A DNA stretch of 12,617 bases, taken from IMG/VR virus record IMGVR_UViG_646862323_000004; one strand, given 5' to 3'. The DNA is from a virus. Its lineage: Duplodnaviria > Heunggongvirae > Uroviricota > Caudoviricetes. Positions 1 to 7,854 of this stretch are shown here, one piece after another; the stretch's first letter is position 1, and each line of letters opens with the position of its first letter. Below the pieces are notes generated by a model. It saw nothing but the letters and a program-made list of their open reading frames with translations, was not told where the DNA came from and searched no databases. Position numbers and translations under genes: made by a program.

Positions 1-1236
1 CTACGATAACCGCGCATTCAACATGGCTATCTGTTCGTCGTTCATGTCATCAATCCACATACCGTAAATTTCATACACCATCTGCGCAGTTTCATGCCCC
101 ATTTGGCTGGCTATAAATGCCGGGTTCGCTCCTGCCGTCAACAGCCAGCAGGCAAAAGTATGCCGCGTATGGTACGGATTACGGCGGCGAATACCAGCAC
201 GTTTTACTGCTGCATTCCACCTTGCCCCCAAACTGCTTACCGAGTAATAAGGTTTTTGTTTTCCGTTACACACCCTGGGCATGAAAACAAAATGCAGTTT
301 TTGCTTTTCGGTTCTGCCGTACTCCCGATGATAAAAGGTGATTTCGCTTTTGCGATGATGCCCGGTCAGTTTGTATTGCTCCTTCAGTGCTTCAAGAGCA
401 GGCTGCAGTAGTGTTACTGTTCGGATCCCGGCATTTGTTTTTGGGGGACCGAACATATCAAGTATCGTCAGGTTTCTTCTGACATTCACTATTCCCTTTT
501 CGAGATCCACATCCTCCCACGCCAGAGCTGCCAGTTCCCCGTGACGAAGTCCTGAGTAAACGGCAAATTTCCACAAGTTCTGGCTCTGTCCTTTTTCACT
601 TTCCATTAATGCATTGAATTCTGTTTTAGATAACGGATCAGGCTTTATTCTGTTTCGCTGTAATTTTTTTACTCCTTCAAATGGTTTAGTTGATATAAAT
701 CCCGACTGATACGCAAAACGCAACAGCGAACAGAGCAGGGCGATATAGTTATCAACTGTGCGCACGGTTCTTCCTTTTTTGTTGGATCTTGGATTATCCA
801 GGTAAAGCGTTTCTCCATGCAGCAGTTCATTCCGGTAGTTTAAGATATCGCTATAACGAATATGTGATATCGGGGTACTTTCACAAATTATTATTCTGAG
901 TGTTTTTAATTGTGATTTCGTTTTCTTCATTGTGTTTGTTGTTAACTCTGTCTCTTTAATTTTTGTCCAGATATCACAAAGCTCTCCGAACGTTTTTATG
1001 ACTCTCGTTGTCACCATTTTTGCCCCAGTGCTGGACTGGGGAAAACGTCTTAAATACTCAAATTCACCGGAGTTTATTTCATGAACTATCAGCGATCTTA
1101 AATTTCCGGCCTTTTTAATATTACTGTTTGTAATCTCCCAGCCTTTTAATGTTTCCCGACATCGTTTTCCTCGAAACATGAACCAGATGCGAATGTATCT
1201 ACCTCTAATCTCGACACCTGTTGGTAATTTAGACAT
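1..1236 (-). CDS. intR: Tyrosine-type phage integrase, 411 aa (Rac IntR-like)
   Basis: Full ORF with ATG at 1236-1234 and TAG at 3-1. C-terminal region carries the R...HxxR...Y tyrosine recombinase signature (RRNPYHTRHTFA...YEIYG). Translation matches my recollection of Rac IntR. Confidence 0.93.
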   Translation of the reverse strand: MSKLPTGVEIRGRYIRIWFMFRGKRCRETLKGWEITNSNIKKAGNLRSLIVHEINSGEFEYLRRFPQSSTGAKMVTTRVIKTFGELCDIWTKIKETELTTNTMKKTKSQLKTLRIIICESTPISHIRYSDILNYRNELLHGETLYLDNPRSNKKGRTVRTVDNYIALLCSLLRFAYQSGFISTKPFEGVKKLQRNRIKPDPLSKTEFNALMESEKGQSQNLWKFAVYSGLRHGELAALAWEDVDLEKGIVNVRRNLTILDMFGPPKTNAGIRTVTLLQPALEALKEQYKLTGHHRKSEITFYHREYGRTEKQKLHFVFMPRVCNGKQKPYYSVSSLGARWNAAVKRAGIRRRNPYHTRHTFACWLLTAGANPAFIASQMGHETAQMVYEIYGMWIDDMNDEQIAMLNARLS

Positions 1237-1237
1237 A

Positions 1238-1453
1238 TCATGAGTCTTTGATAAACTGATTTATCTTTGGATAGTTGTACCAGATAATCCCTCGTTTGCT
1301 GTCTGGCTTACCTAAAGGAGATACTCGTTTGAAGTGGAAGCCCTCCACCCAACAGTTCTGGCGGTATGCTTCAATTTGTCTGGCCCCCAGACCAGTGCGA
1401 AGCATCAGGCCGTATTCAACCATCCACTCTTCATTAAAGATTACTTGTGCCAT
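1238..1453 (-). CDS. xisR: Excisionase-like protein, 71 aa (YdaQ/XisR-like)
   Basis: Small ORF immediately upstream of int; its stop lies 1 nt from the int start. The track ORF begins at a TTG (1477); the first ATG is at 1453-1451, giving 71 aa, the length I recall for YdaQ. Confidence 0.8.
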   Translation of the reverse strand: MAQVIFNEEWMVEYGLMLRTGLGARQIEAYRQNCWVEGFHFKRVSPLGKPDSKRGIIWYNYPKINQFIKDS

Positions 1454-1531
1454 CGCATCACCTCTGGCAGGCGCCAATGTTAGACTGAAATTGACGCCCG
1501 ATGTTGATTATTAATAATCAGCTATGAAGTT

Positions 1532-1741
1532 TTAATTTGAATACAATGCAATTCTCGAGGACTGAAGTTTCTCGCAATTAAAATTTATCAGTTTTACTTT
1601 CTGCTCTCTGGAAACGCCTGCTTCTTTTTTACCTGAGAGCATTTTTTCGCATTCTGATTTCGTTAGTTTAGATTTTGAATATCTTGTCCAGTTAGTAGGA
1701 GTGCCACCTTCCTTTTCAATAGTGGCGGTAATTTTATACAT
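1532..1741 (-). CDS. ydaC: YdaC-like small protein (DUF1187), 69 aa
   Basis: Minus-strand ORF. Start assigned to the ATG at 1741-1739 (MYKITATIEKEGG...) because longer starts would overlap ralR by about 80 nt; the product is then the 69 aa I recall for YdaC. Confidence 0.72.
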   Translation of the reverse strand: MYKITATIEKEGGTPTNWTRYSKSKLTKSECEKMLSGKKEAGVSREQKVKLINFNCEKLQSSRIALYSN

Positions 1742-1928
1742 GAACACCTCCATTATTATTTCCAGTGGTTCGTTTATTCCATCTTTCGAGTGCTTCTTTT
1801 TCACTTCCACCATAACCGGTTCGGGATTCGCATCCGTTACACTTCGCTCGGTAATATCCTGAAATGGCTTTCACCGTTACTGATGGACAACCACAAAATG
1901 GACATGGTTTAACATTGTCATATCTCAT
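1734..1928 (-). CDS. ralR: Restriction-alleviation protein RalR/Lar, 64 aa, Cys-rich
   Basis: ATG at 1928-1926 gives a 64-aa protein with CPFCGCP...CNGCES zinc-finger-like motifs. Its stop overlaps the ydaC start by 8 nt. Confidence 0.85.
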   Translation of the reverse strand: MRYDNVKPCPFCGCPSVTVKAISGYYRAKCNGCESRTGYGGSEKEALERWNKRTTGNNNGGVHV

Positions 1929-1984
1929 AATTTTTCTCATAAAAAATATTTCAAGTTGGCGGTGCATTACACCGCCAGGCTGAA

Positions 1985-2794
1985 TTATTCCTCTGAATTA
2001 TCGATTACACTGTATTCCCCGGTTAATACAGAGGAATCTGCAGGATCGATTGTCAGTGGTTCCTTTTCATCCATTGATACTGCACGCTGGATCTCAATTG
2101 ATACGGGCAGATATTTGAACAGGCGACGAATAGCCGTTTTCTTTGCCATTTCTTCCCAGTGAGTTACCCACGGCCCGTTATTACCAGCTTTACTCAGGCT
2201 GCGCACCAGCTCAATCTGTTTGCGCGTCATAACTTCAAACTGAGTACCTCCGTCTTTCAGTCTTGCGACAGCATAGACGTGGGTAACCGGGGCATCTTCG
2301 TTTTCTCCCGGGCGGTGTATTAACTTTTCATCAAGGCCAAATTCGAAGCTAAACTCGTCACCTTCACGGACAACACGGGCTGACAGGCTGGCGATTTGAC
2401 CAGAACGGCGAGCCAGATCAATCATGCCGCGATAGCCAATGATTAGCTGAACGTTCTTTTTACCGCTCTTTTCGTTTTTATTACCAAAAGGCAGTAAATA
2501 TGCATGACCGAGGGCGCTACCTGGCTCAAGTCCGAGCTGTGAACACTGTACGATCGCACTGACAAAACTCATAGTGTCACAGTTTCCTAACGCCGGAACT
2601 TTACGAATTTCTGTGGTGGCGATACGGATCATACGTTCAGCCGTCATATGGCGTGGAAGAGCTGCTGCCAGTTGCTCTTTCATTGATGGCTGGTTAATAA
2701 AACTAATCACGTCGCTATTTTTAACTGCTGCTGGTGCACGGTTTCCCTGAGTTTTTTGCAGATCGGCTTTTGCGATTGGTGGTTGCTTAGTCAT
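1985..2794 (-). CDS. recT: RecT single-strand annealing protein, 269 aa
   Basis: ORF translation from the ATG at 2794-2792 ([17 protein letters not shown]...) matches my recollection of RecT over its whole length. The track ORF has 19 extra upstream codons. Confidence 0.93.
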
Positions 2795-3629
2795 TTGCAT
2801 ATTCCTTAGCCCAGCGGGGTAGTGATAATGTCTTAATAGCTGGCCATTCATCGGTATTCAGGCAGTCAGACAGGGTTCGCAGATTGCGGTGATATTCCTG
2901 TTGACCTGCCAGTTTTGCTTCTTCGCCCATCATGAAAATTTCAACCGGATAACGTCCGCATTCAATAGTTGTGCTGGCAACCAGAAAAACGAAAGTTGGC
3001 TGCACTCCAAACTGTGCTTCATAACCGTCACTGTAGAATGCATCCTGAACGTGATAGCGGTAGTCGTAATAAGCGGTTTTGAATCGTTGAATATCCGCCG
3101 TAGTTTTCACGTCCATGATCCAGTGAAATTCAGGGATAATTTTGTCCGGACGGCACCGACACAAAATTCCTGTTTCAGGATCTTCCCAGTAAATTGATGA
3201 TTCAGCGTGTCCGGCGCTTTCAACAAGCCATTGCCCCAGCGGCAAAGCCATAACGCTTTGATACATGAGTTCAATTTTCCGGCCTTCTTCCGCAGTGATA
3301 ACCGTTTTTCCTGTGCTTGCGCATTCCATCAGAAACGCTTTCTCTTCTTCTTTTCCGGCGTTTGTACGGCGGTTAAATTCAGGTGCTACGATAAAGCGGT
3401 TACTGAATTCTTCCGGTTCAAGTACCCGGCAGTGGAAAGCAGTTCCTAAATCGAGCGTTTTTGTCTTTGTGGTGTCCACGGGGGCATTTTTACGCCACAA
3501 ATATAGTGCCGGAGTATCAGCAATGTCATCGAGCTGAGACTTACTGATACCGGGACCCGCGTGGTAATTCTCATTCGAAATTCCGTAATAAATACCTGGC
3601 TCTATGTCTTCTACGATTTTAGTTCCCAT
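2787..3629 (-). CDS. recE: RecE C-terminal exonuclease-domain ORF, 280 aa, out of frame with the recE N-terminal fragment
   Basis: Translation (…[23 protein letters not shown]...[13 protein letters not shown]) corresponds to roughly the last 280 residues of the 866-aa RecE as I recall it. It begins with an ATG at 3629-3627 created by the junction, with no clear Shine-Dalgarno upstream. Confidence 0.8.
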
Positions 3630-3886
3630 GTCATGGAGTCTTTGCTGAGTTGATAGCGTTCACTCCAGGTAAAATCGATCTCACCTTCAGCGGGCAGGTC
3701 ATTAACGACAGGAAAATTCGTGGCAACAGCTTTAAAATAGCTGCTCAGTTTTTTACCTGACTTAACGATCAGGTAGTCCAGAGTGGCACAGGTCGATTCA
3801 AAATCGTTGCTTGCCCACAGGACGACGTCAGGTTCACCGGATGATTTTTTCGCTTTCCGTAACAGGAAGAGTGGTTTTGTGCTCAT
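3611..3886 (-). pseudogene. recE: RecE N-terminal fragment (about 90 aa) ending in a premature TAG after a deletion junction
   Basis: [24 protein letters not shown]...KDSMTWELK is the RecE N-terminus as I recall it, then S-stop. It overlaps the C-terminal ORF by 19 nt in a different frame, so about 500 codons of recE are missing. Confidence 0.72.
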
Positions 3887-3957
3887 TGTTTTTTAACCTC
3901 AACTCAGATTAAAATTCGTTTTGTTCAGTGAATGATCTTGCCGGATACACACTGTTC

Positions 3958-3989
3958 ATAGCCTGCGCCATACGCAGGCTATTTCTTTC
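3958..3989 (+). terminator. Perfect 10-bp hairpin (ATAGCCTGCG / CGCAGGCTAT, 5-nt loop) followed by TTCTTTC on the plus strand
   Basis: Read directly from the sequence at 3958-3982 with the T-rich run at 3983-3989. It lies between racC and recE, antisense to the operon. On the minus strand the stem is not followed by a U-tract. Confidence 0.3.
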
Positions 3990-4263
3990 AGATTTCACCT
4001 TTTAATTTCATTGCAATTAGAGTTGCCAGAAATTCGGCTTTTTTTTCTGCGGGCAGATTCTTTCCGATATGCACCAGGCACATTTTTTTGACACCTTCAT
4101 CAAGTGTTTTTACGTTGCCTGATGGACCATCGATATCAACCACAGTGAATGGGGTTTCTTTATTTTCTGTTTTAATTACGTAGCCAATGCGCTTTCCTTC
4201 CAGATTCACCTCGTGAACAATGTCATCGGTAGTTACAACAGTGGCTTCATAATTGGTAATCAT
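3988..4263 (-). CDS. racC: RacC, 91 aa
   Basis: ATG at 4263-4261 is preceded by AAGGAG at 7-nt spacing. The translation (MITNYEATVVTTDDIVHEVNLEGKR...) matches my recollection of RacC. The track ORF starts 16 codons upstream at an ATG with no ribosome-binding site. Confidence 0.85.
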   Translation of the reverse strand: MITNYEATVVTTDDIVHEVNLEGKRIGYVIKTENKETPFTVVDIDGPSGNVKTLDEGVKKMCLVHIGKNLPAEKKAEFLATLIAMKLKGEI

Positions 4264-4337
4264 GTTTTTCTCCTTAATTAAGGTTGAGCGAATACCTGCC
4301 ATTTCTGGCATAAATTCAGTTTCGAATAGTCAATTAA

Positions 4338-4508
4338 TTAAAGTTCATGTGCCATCTGGTCTTTTTCGGCACAAGCTTCACTGCAATATTTTCTCGGTTC
4401 GTCTTTTGATAAAATCCCGTGCATGAAGTGAAGCATTCTTTCAATAGCTTTGCTTTCTTCAACGTCTTTTTTGCAAAGGTGGTAAGCACATTTTATTTTC
4501 TTAGTCAT
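4338..4508 (-). CDS. ydaE: YdaE-like Cys-containing small protein, 56 aa
   Basis: Hand-translated ORF absent from the track: [56 protein letters not shown]. Its ATG at 4508-4506 overlaps the kilR stop (ATGA). Confidence 0.72.
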   Translation of the reverse strand: MTKKIKCAYHLCKKDVEESKAIERMLHFMHGILSKDEPRKYCSEACAEKDQMAHEL

Positions 4509-4729
4509 CACCATGACTCCGCCTTTACAGGTAAACCATCACGACCGAGGAAGACTTTAATCATGCGGTCAGTAATGCATGTTTTTGTGGTCAGGTTACG
4601 AATATATAGTTTTCGCTTTTTAATATTGTTTGCCGAGGCAATATATGTCCGGCCTTCATGAAGAACATAATCGCCAGGAGTCACACACTGACGTGGTATT
4701 TCATCAGTTCCGAAGTGATGTGCAATCAT
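4508..4729 (-). CDS. kilR: KilR, 73 aa (FtsZ-targeting cell-division inhibitor)
   Basis: ATG at 4729-4727 is preceded by GGAG. The translation ([26 protein letters not shown]...) matches my recollection of Rac KilR in sequence and length. Confidence 0.88.
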   Translation of the reverse strand: MIAHHFGTDEIPRQCVTPGDYVLHEGRTYIASANNIKKRKLYIRNLTTKTCITDRMIKVFLGRDGLPVKAESW

Positions 4730-5170
4730 AATTATCTCCATTTTTACAAATGAACTTTGTTGATGCGGTGCCTGGTGCCTCCAGGTGACTGCAACCAGTT
4801 AACAATTACAGTCGGCTTTCCCACCCAAACCAATAAGGACTAACATGACTTTTAACTGTGCCACGTGCGCTTAGCCGCATTCACCGCATCACAAAATTCA
4901 CTTTAAAAAGGGCGGACATCAGCCGAACTTCAAGAAAAAAACTGATGCCGCCAGGACTACACACAGCAATGTCGTTATTTACAACCGGAGGCGCACTCCC
5001 ACCATTTAAATTTAACAGACAAGACCGACTCTTTATGGATATCGGAAATGCGCCTTCGTGTTGTGCCCGGTTTTATTTCACCACCTCCGGGCTTCGGTGG
5101 TCTCGGCTATACCCCTACAGCGAGAGCTTGTGTTAACATTTCAATACCCTTACAGTTGAGAGTTATTGAT

Positions 5171-5659
5171 ATGTTGGATGTATTTACTCCATTGTTGAAA
5201 CTTTTTGCTAACGAGCCACTCGAAAGACTTATGTATACGATTATCATTTTTGGTCTCACTCTCTGGCTGATACCGAAAGAGTTTACTGTCGCATTCAATG
5301 CTTATACTGAAATACCTTGGCTCTTTCAGATTATCGTTTTTGCCTTTTCTTTCGTGGTCGCCATTTCCTTCTCAAGATTGCGAGCGCATATTCAAAAGCA
5401 TTATTCATTACTACCAGAGCAACGAGTATTGCTTCGTTTATCTGAGAAAGAAATCGCTGTATTTAAAGATTTCCTTAAAACAGGAAATCTTATTATCACT
5501 TCTCCTTGCCGTAACCCGGTTATGAAAAAATTAGAACGGAAGGGCATCATTCAACATCAGAGTGATAGCGCAAACTGTTCTTATTATCTCGTCACCGAAA
5601 AATACTCCCATTTTATGAAGTTATTCTGGAACAGCAGGAGTAGACGTTTTAATCGTTAG
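5171..5659 (+). CDS. sieB: Superinfection exclusion protein SieB, 162 aa, membrane protein
   Basis: Translation from the ATG at 5171 (MLDVFTPLLKLFANEPLERLMYTIIIFGLTLWLIP...) is 162 aa with hydrophobic helices. The 41 upstream codons of the track ORF look non-coding. Confidence 0.9.
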   Translation: MLDVFTPLLKLFANEPLERLMYTIIIFGLTLWLIPKEFTVAFNAYTEIPWLFQIIVFAFSFVVAISFSRLRAHIQKHYSLLPEQRVLLRLSEKEIAVFKDFLKTGNLIITSPCRNPVMKKLERKGIIQHQSDSANCSYYLVTEKYSHFMKLFWNSRSRRFNR

Positions 5660-5811
5660 CTTACTGTGTGCTTCTCCAACCATCGGCGCGCACCAGTTTC
5701 GGTTTTAAATGTTTTGCTTTTGGTATACGTCATGGCAGTGAACGTTCCATCCTGGTTGGGGAACACGCCGCACACCAGGGATTCGTTGTTGCCGAGGTCG
5801 ATTTTTTGCAT
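5656..5811 (-). CDS. ydaF: YdaF-like small protein, 51 aa
   Basis: Hand-translated ORF absent from the track: MQKIDLGNNESLVCGVFPNQDGTFTAMTYTKSKTFKTETGARRWLEKHTVS. Its stop overlaps the convergent sieB stop. Confidence 0.72.
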   Translation of the reverse strand: MQKIDLGNNESLVCGVFPNQDGTFTAMTYTKSKTFKTETGARRWLEKHTVS

Positions 5812-5821
5812 TTTTCGCACC

Positions 5822-5956
5822 TCACATCTTGTTGTTGCGGATAGAGGCTTCTGCTTGCCAGAGATCCCAGTCGTTGCTACGTAAAGCCTGCACAGCCGGG
5901 CTGTAAGTGATACCGCAACAATCCATCAAATACTGAACTACTTCGTAATGCACCAT
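5822..5956 (-). CDS. ydaG: YdaG-like small protein, 44 aa
   Basis: Hand-translated ORF absent from the track: [52 protein letters not shown] ribosome-binding site lies 7 nt upstream of the ATG at 5956-5954. Confidence 0.72.
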   Translation of the reverse strand: MVHYEVVQYLMDCCGITYSPAVQALRSNDWDLWQAEASIRNNKM

Positions 5957-5978
5957 CTTATCTCTCCCCTTAACGCCG

Positions 5979-6167
5979 GGTGTCGCCTATGGCACCTCCG
6001 CAGGCAGTGCTGGCTACTGGTTTTTACAGTTGCTCGATAGAGTCACGCCCTCACAGTGGGCAGCAATAGGTGTGCTGGGTAGTCTGGTGTTTGGCCTGTT
6101 GACGTATCTGACAAATCTTTATTTCAAGATTAAAGAAGATAAGCGTAAGGCTGCACGGGGAGAGTAA
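5979..6167 (+). pseudogene. 5'-truncated class II pinholin (phage 21 S21 / EssD-like); first 9 or so codons and the start codon missing
   Basis: The in-frame translation [62 protein letters not shown]-stop matches S21 residues 10-71 as I recall them. There is no ATG, GTG or TTG start in frame after the upstream stop at 5946. Confidence 0.75.
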
Positions 6168-6171
6168 TTCA

Positions 6172-6516
6172 ATGACTCAAAACTATGAACTGATTGTGAA
6201 AGGGATCCGCAATTTTGAGAATAAAGTTACGGTAACTTTAGCGTTACGGGACAAAAAACGCTTTGACGGTGAAATTTTAGACCTGGACATCTCGCTGGAC
6301 CGTGTTGAAGGTGCCGCGCTGGAGTTTTATGAGGCAGCAGCCAGAAGGAGCATCAGACAGGTCTTCCTGGATGTTGCTGCAGGGTTATGTGAAGGGGATG
6401 AGCAGTCACCGGAAAAGCGCCCCATAATTTTAGAGGCGCAGGGTGTGTGGATAACCTACAAAGGAAAACTGCCGGGAAGAATTACTGGTTCACTGAAGAC
6501 TCCGCCGAAATGGTAA
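6172..6516 (+). CDS. DUF1327-family protein (Qin YdfR-like), 114 aa, in the lysis cassette
   Basis: ATG at 6172 lies 5 nt after the pinholin stop. The translation (MTQNYELIVKGIRNFENKVTVTLALRDKKRFDGE...) resembles the YdfR family found between holin and endolysin genes in Qin-type prophages. Confidence 0.78.
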   Translation: MTQNYELIVKGIRNFENKVTVTLALRDKKRFDGEILDLDISLDRVEGAALEFYEAAARRSIRQVFLDVAAGLCEGDEQSPEKRPIILEAQGVWITYKGKLPGRITGSLKTPPKW

Positions 6517-6754
6517 TTTCACCAGCATATTTTTCTTCCAGTAATACCGCCAGCCACTTGAAAGAATTTTGTTGTTGCTGGGACCATTTGGGGTTGAGTG
6601 ATTCAAGCTGGAGCGATGCCAGTGTTGGTTGCATTTGTTCCTTGGGAATTGAGAATGCCAGATATGAAAATGCGACAGTAAGGGCATTTACATCATCCCG
6701 AAGCTTGGAAATGCAGTCGAGCAACTCCTGTAGAGAAATGGTGCTATTGTCCAT
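6482..6754 (-). CDS. Hypothetical 90-aa protein of predicted helical character, convergent with and overlapping the DUF1327 gene
   Basis: ATG at 6754-6752 is preceded by GAGAGGA at about 7-nt spacing. Codon usage is coding-like, whereas the competing plus-strand ORF 6447-6779 translates to Ser/Cys-rich junk. I recognise no family. Confidence 0.45.
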   Translation of the reverse strand: MDNSTISLQELLDCISKLRDDVNALTVAFSYLAFSIPKEQMQPTLASLQLESLNPKWSQQQQNSFKWLAVLLEEKYAGEITISAESSVNQ

Positions 6755-6859
6755 AAACAATCCTCTCTATTGTATTTAACTATTCCTTGCCTGATTCAAC
6801 AGGCCGGGACAGATAAACATATCCAGGGTTCAGAAACCGATAAATCCTGATAAATATCC

Positions 6860-7393
6860 ATGAACGCAAAAATCAGATACGGCCTGTCGGCTGCCGTTCT
6901 GGCACTGATTGCCGTCGGTGCGCCTGCGCCTGATATTCTCGACCAGTTTCTGGATGAAAAAGAAGGTAACCACACAACGGCATACCGCGATGGTTCCGGT
7001 ATATGGACCATCTGTCGTGGTGCCACAATGGTGGATGGTAAGCCCGTCATACCGGGAATGAGGCTGTCGAAGGAAAAATGCGACCAGGTTAACGCTATTG
7101 AACGTGATAAGGCGCTGGCATGGGTGGAGCGCAATATTAAAGTACCACTGACCGAACCACAGAAAGCGGGTATAGCGTCATTTTGTCCCTATAACATTGG
7201 CCCCGGTAAGTGTTTCCCGTCGACGTTTTATAAGCGGCTGAATGCCGGTGATCGTAAGGGTGCATGCGAGGCGATTCGCTGGTGGATAAAAGATGGTGGG
7301 CGCGATTGCCGCATACGTTCAAATAACTGCTATGGACAGGTTATTCGTCGTGACCAGGAAAGCGCATTAGCCTGTTGGGGGATAGATCAGTGA
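6860..7393 (+). CDS. SAR endolysin (phage lysozyme, T4-lysozyme/GH24 type; R21/RrrD-like), 177 aa
   Basis: N-terminal Gly/Ala-rich signal-anchor-release segment ([17 protein letters not shown]) followed by the E...D...T catalytic motif ([18 protein letters not shown]). No Shine-Dalgarno is visible upstream of the ATG. Confidence 0.9.
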   Translation: MNAKIRYGLSAAVLALIAVGAPAPDILDQFLDEKEGNHTTAYRDGSGIWTICRGATMVDGKPVIPGMRLSKEKCDQVNAIERDKALAWVERNIKVPLTEPQKAGIASFCPYNIGPGKCFPSTFYKRLNAGDRKGACEAIRWWIKDGGRDCRIRSNNCYGQVIRRDQESALACWGIDQ

Positions 7394-7854
7394 GCAGAGT
7401 CGCCGCGATTATTTATGCTCTGGTTATCTGCATCATCGTCTGCCTGTCATGGGCTGTTAATCATTACCGTGATAACGCCACCGCCTACAAAGAGCAGCGC
7501 GACAAAAATGCCAGAGAACTGAAGCTGGCGAACGCGGCAATTACTGACATGCAGATGCGTCAGCGTGATGTTGCTGCGCTCGATGCAAAATACACGAAGG
7601 AGTTAGCTGATGCGAAAGCTGAAAATGATGCTCTGCGTGATGATGTTGCCGCTGGTCGTCGTCGGTTGCACATCAAAGCAGTCTGTCAGTCAGTGCGTGA
7701 AGCCACCACCGCCTCCGGCGTGGATAATGCAGCCTCCCCCCGACTGGCAGACACCGCTGAACGGGATTATTTCACCCTCCGGGAACGACTGGTAATGATG
7801 CAGGCCCAACTTGAAGGTGCTCAGCAATACATAACCGAACAGTGTTTAAAGTAA
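7390..7854 (+). CDS. rzpR: Rz-type i-spanin, 154 aa from a GTG start overlapping the endolysin stop (GTGA)
   Basis: N-terminal transmembrane helix ([19 protein letters not shown]) followed by a charged coiled-coil region. The track ORF starts 5 codons upstream at a TTG. Confidence 0.85.
   Translation: MSRVAAIIYALVICIIVCLSWAVNHYRDNATAYKEQRDKNARELKLANAAITDMQMRQRDVAALDAKYTKELADAKAENDALRDDVAAGRRRLHIKAVCQSVREATTASGVDNAASPRLADTAERDYFTLRERLVMMQAQLEGAQQYITEQCLK
7610..7795 (+). CDS. rzoR: Rz1-type o-spanin lipoprotein, 61 aa, nested in the +1 frame of Rz
   Basis: AAGGAG ribosome-binding site before the ATG. Signal peptide with lipobox (LVVVGC) and a proline-rich mature region ([15 protein letters not shown]), entirely embedded within the Rz gene. 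Confidence 0.88.
   Translation: MRKLKMMLCVMMLPLVVVGCTSKQSVSQCVKPPPPPAWIMQPPPDWQTPLNGIISPSGNDW

Noticed and set aside
94-411. Plus-strand ORF of 105 aa inside the integrase gene
   Set aside because: Antisense to a well-supported integrase ORF, Cys/Arg-rich odd composition, no ribosome-binding site. Judged a chance ORF.
1275-1514. Plus-strand ORF of 79 aa antisense to the excisionase
   Set aside because: Fully embedded antisense to xis with non-protein-like composition.
4845-4874. Tiny 9-codon ORF (MTFNCATCA) with an AAGGA ribosome-binding site in the kilR-sieB spacer
   Set aside because: Too short to evaluate, with no supporting context. Could be a leader peptide but there is no evidence.
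4858-5136. Plus-strand ORF of 92 aa in the kilR-sieB intergenic region
   Set aside because: Composition not protein-like, no ribosome-binding site, overlaps the likely sieB promoter region.
5048-5170. 41-codon N-terminal extension of the sieB track ORF
   Set aside because: The extension (MRLRVVPGFISPPPGFGG...) is Pro/Gly-rich junk. The SieB-like sequence and length begin at the ATG at 5171.
6447-6779. Plus-strand ORF of 110 aa overlapping the minus-strand 90-aa gene
   Set aside because: Ser/Cys-rich translation and no ribosome-binding site. The minus-strand frame has the Shine-Dalgarno and coding-like codons.
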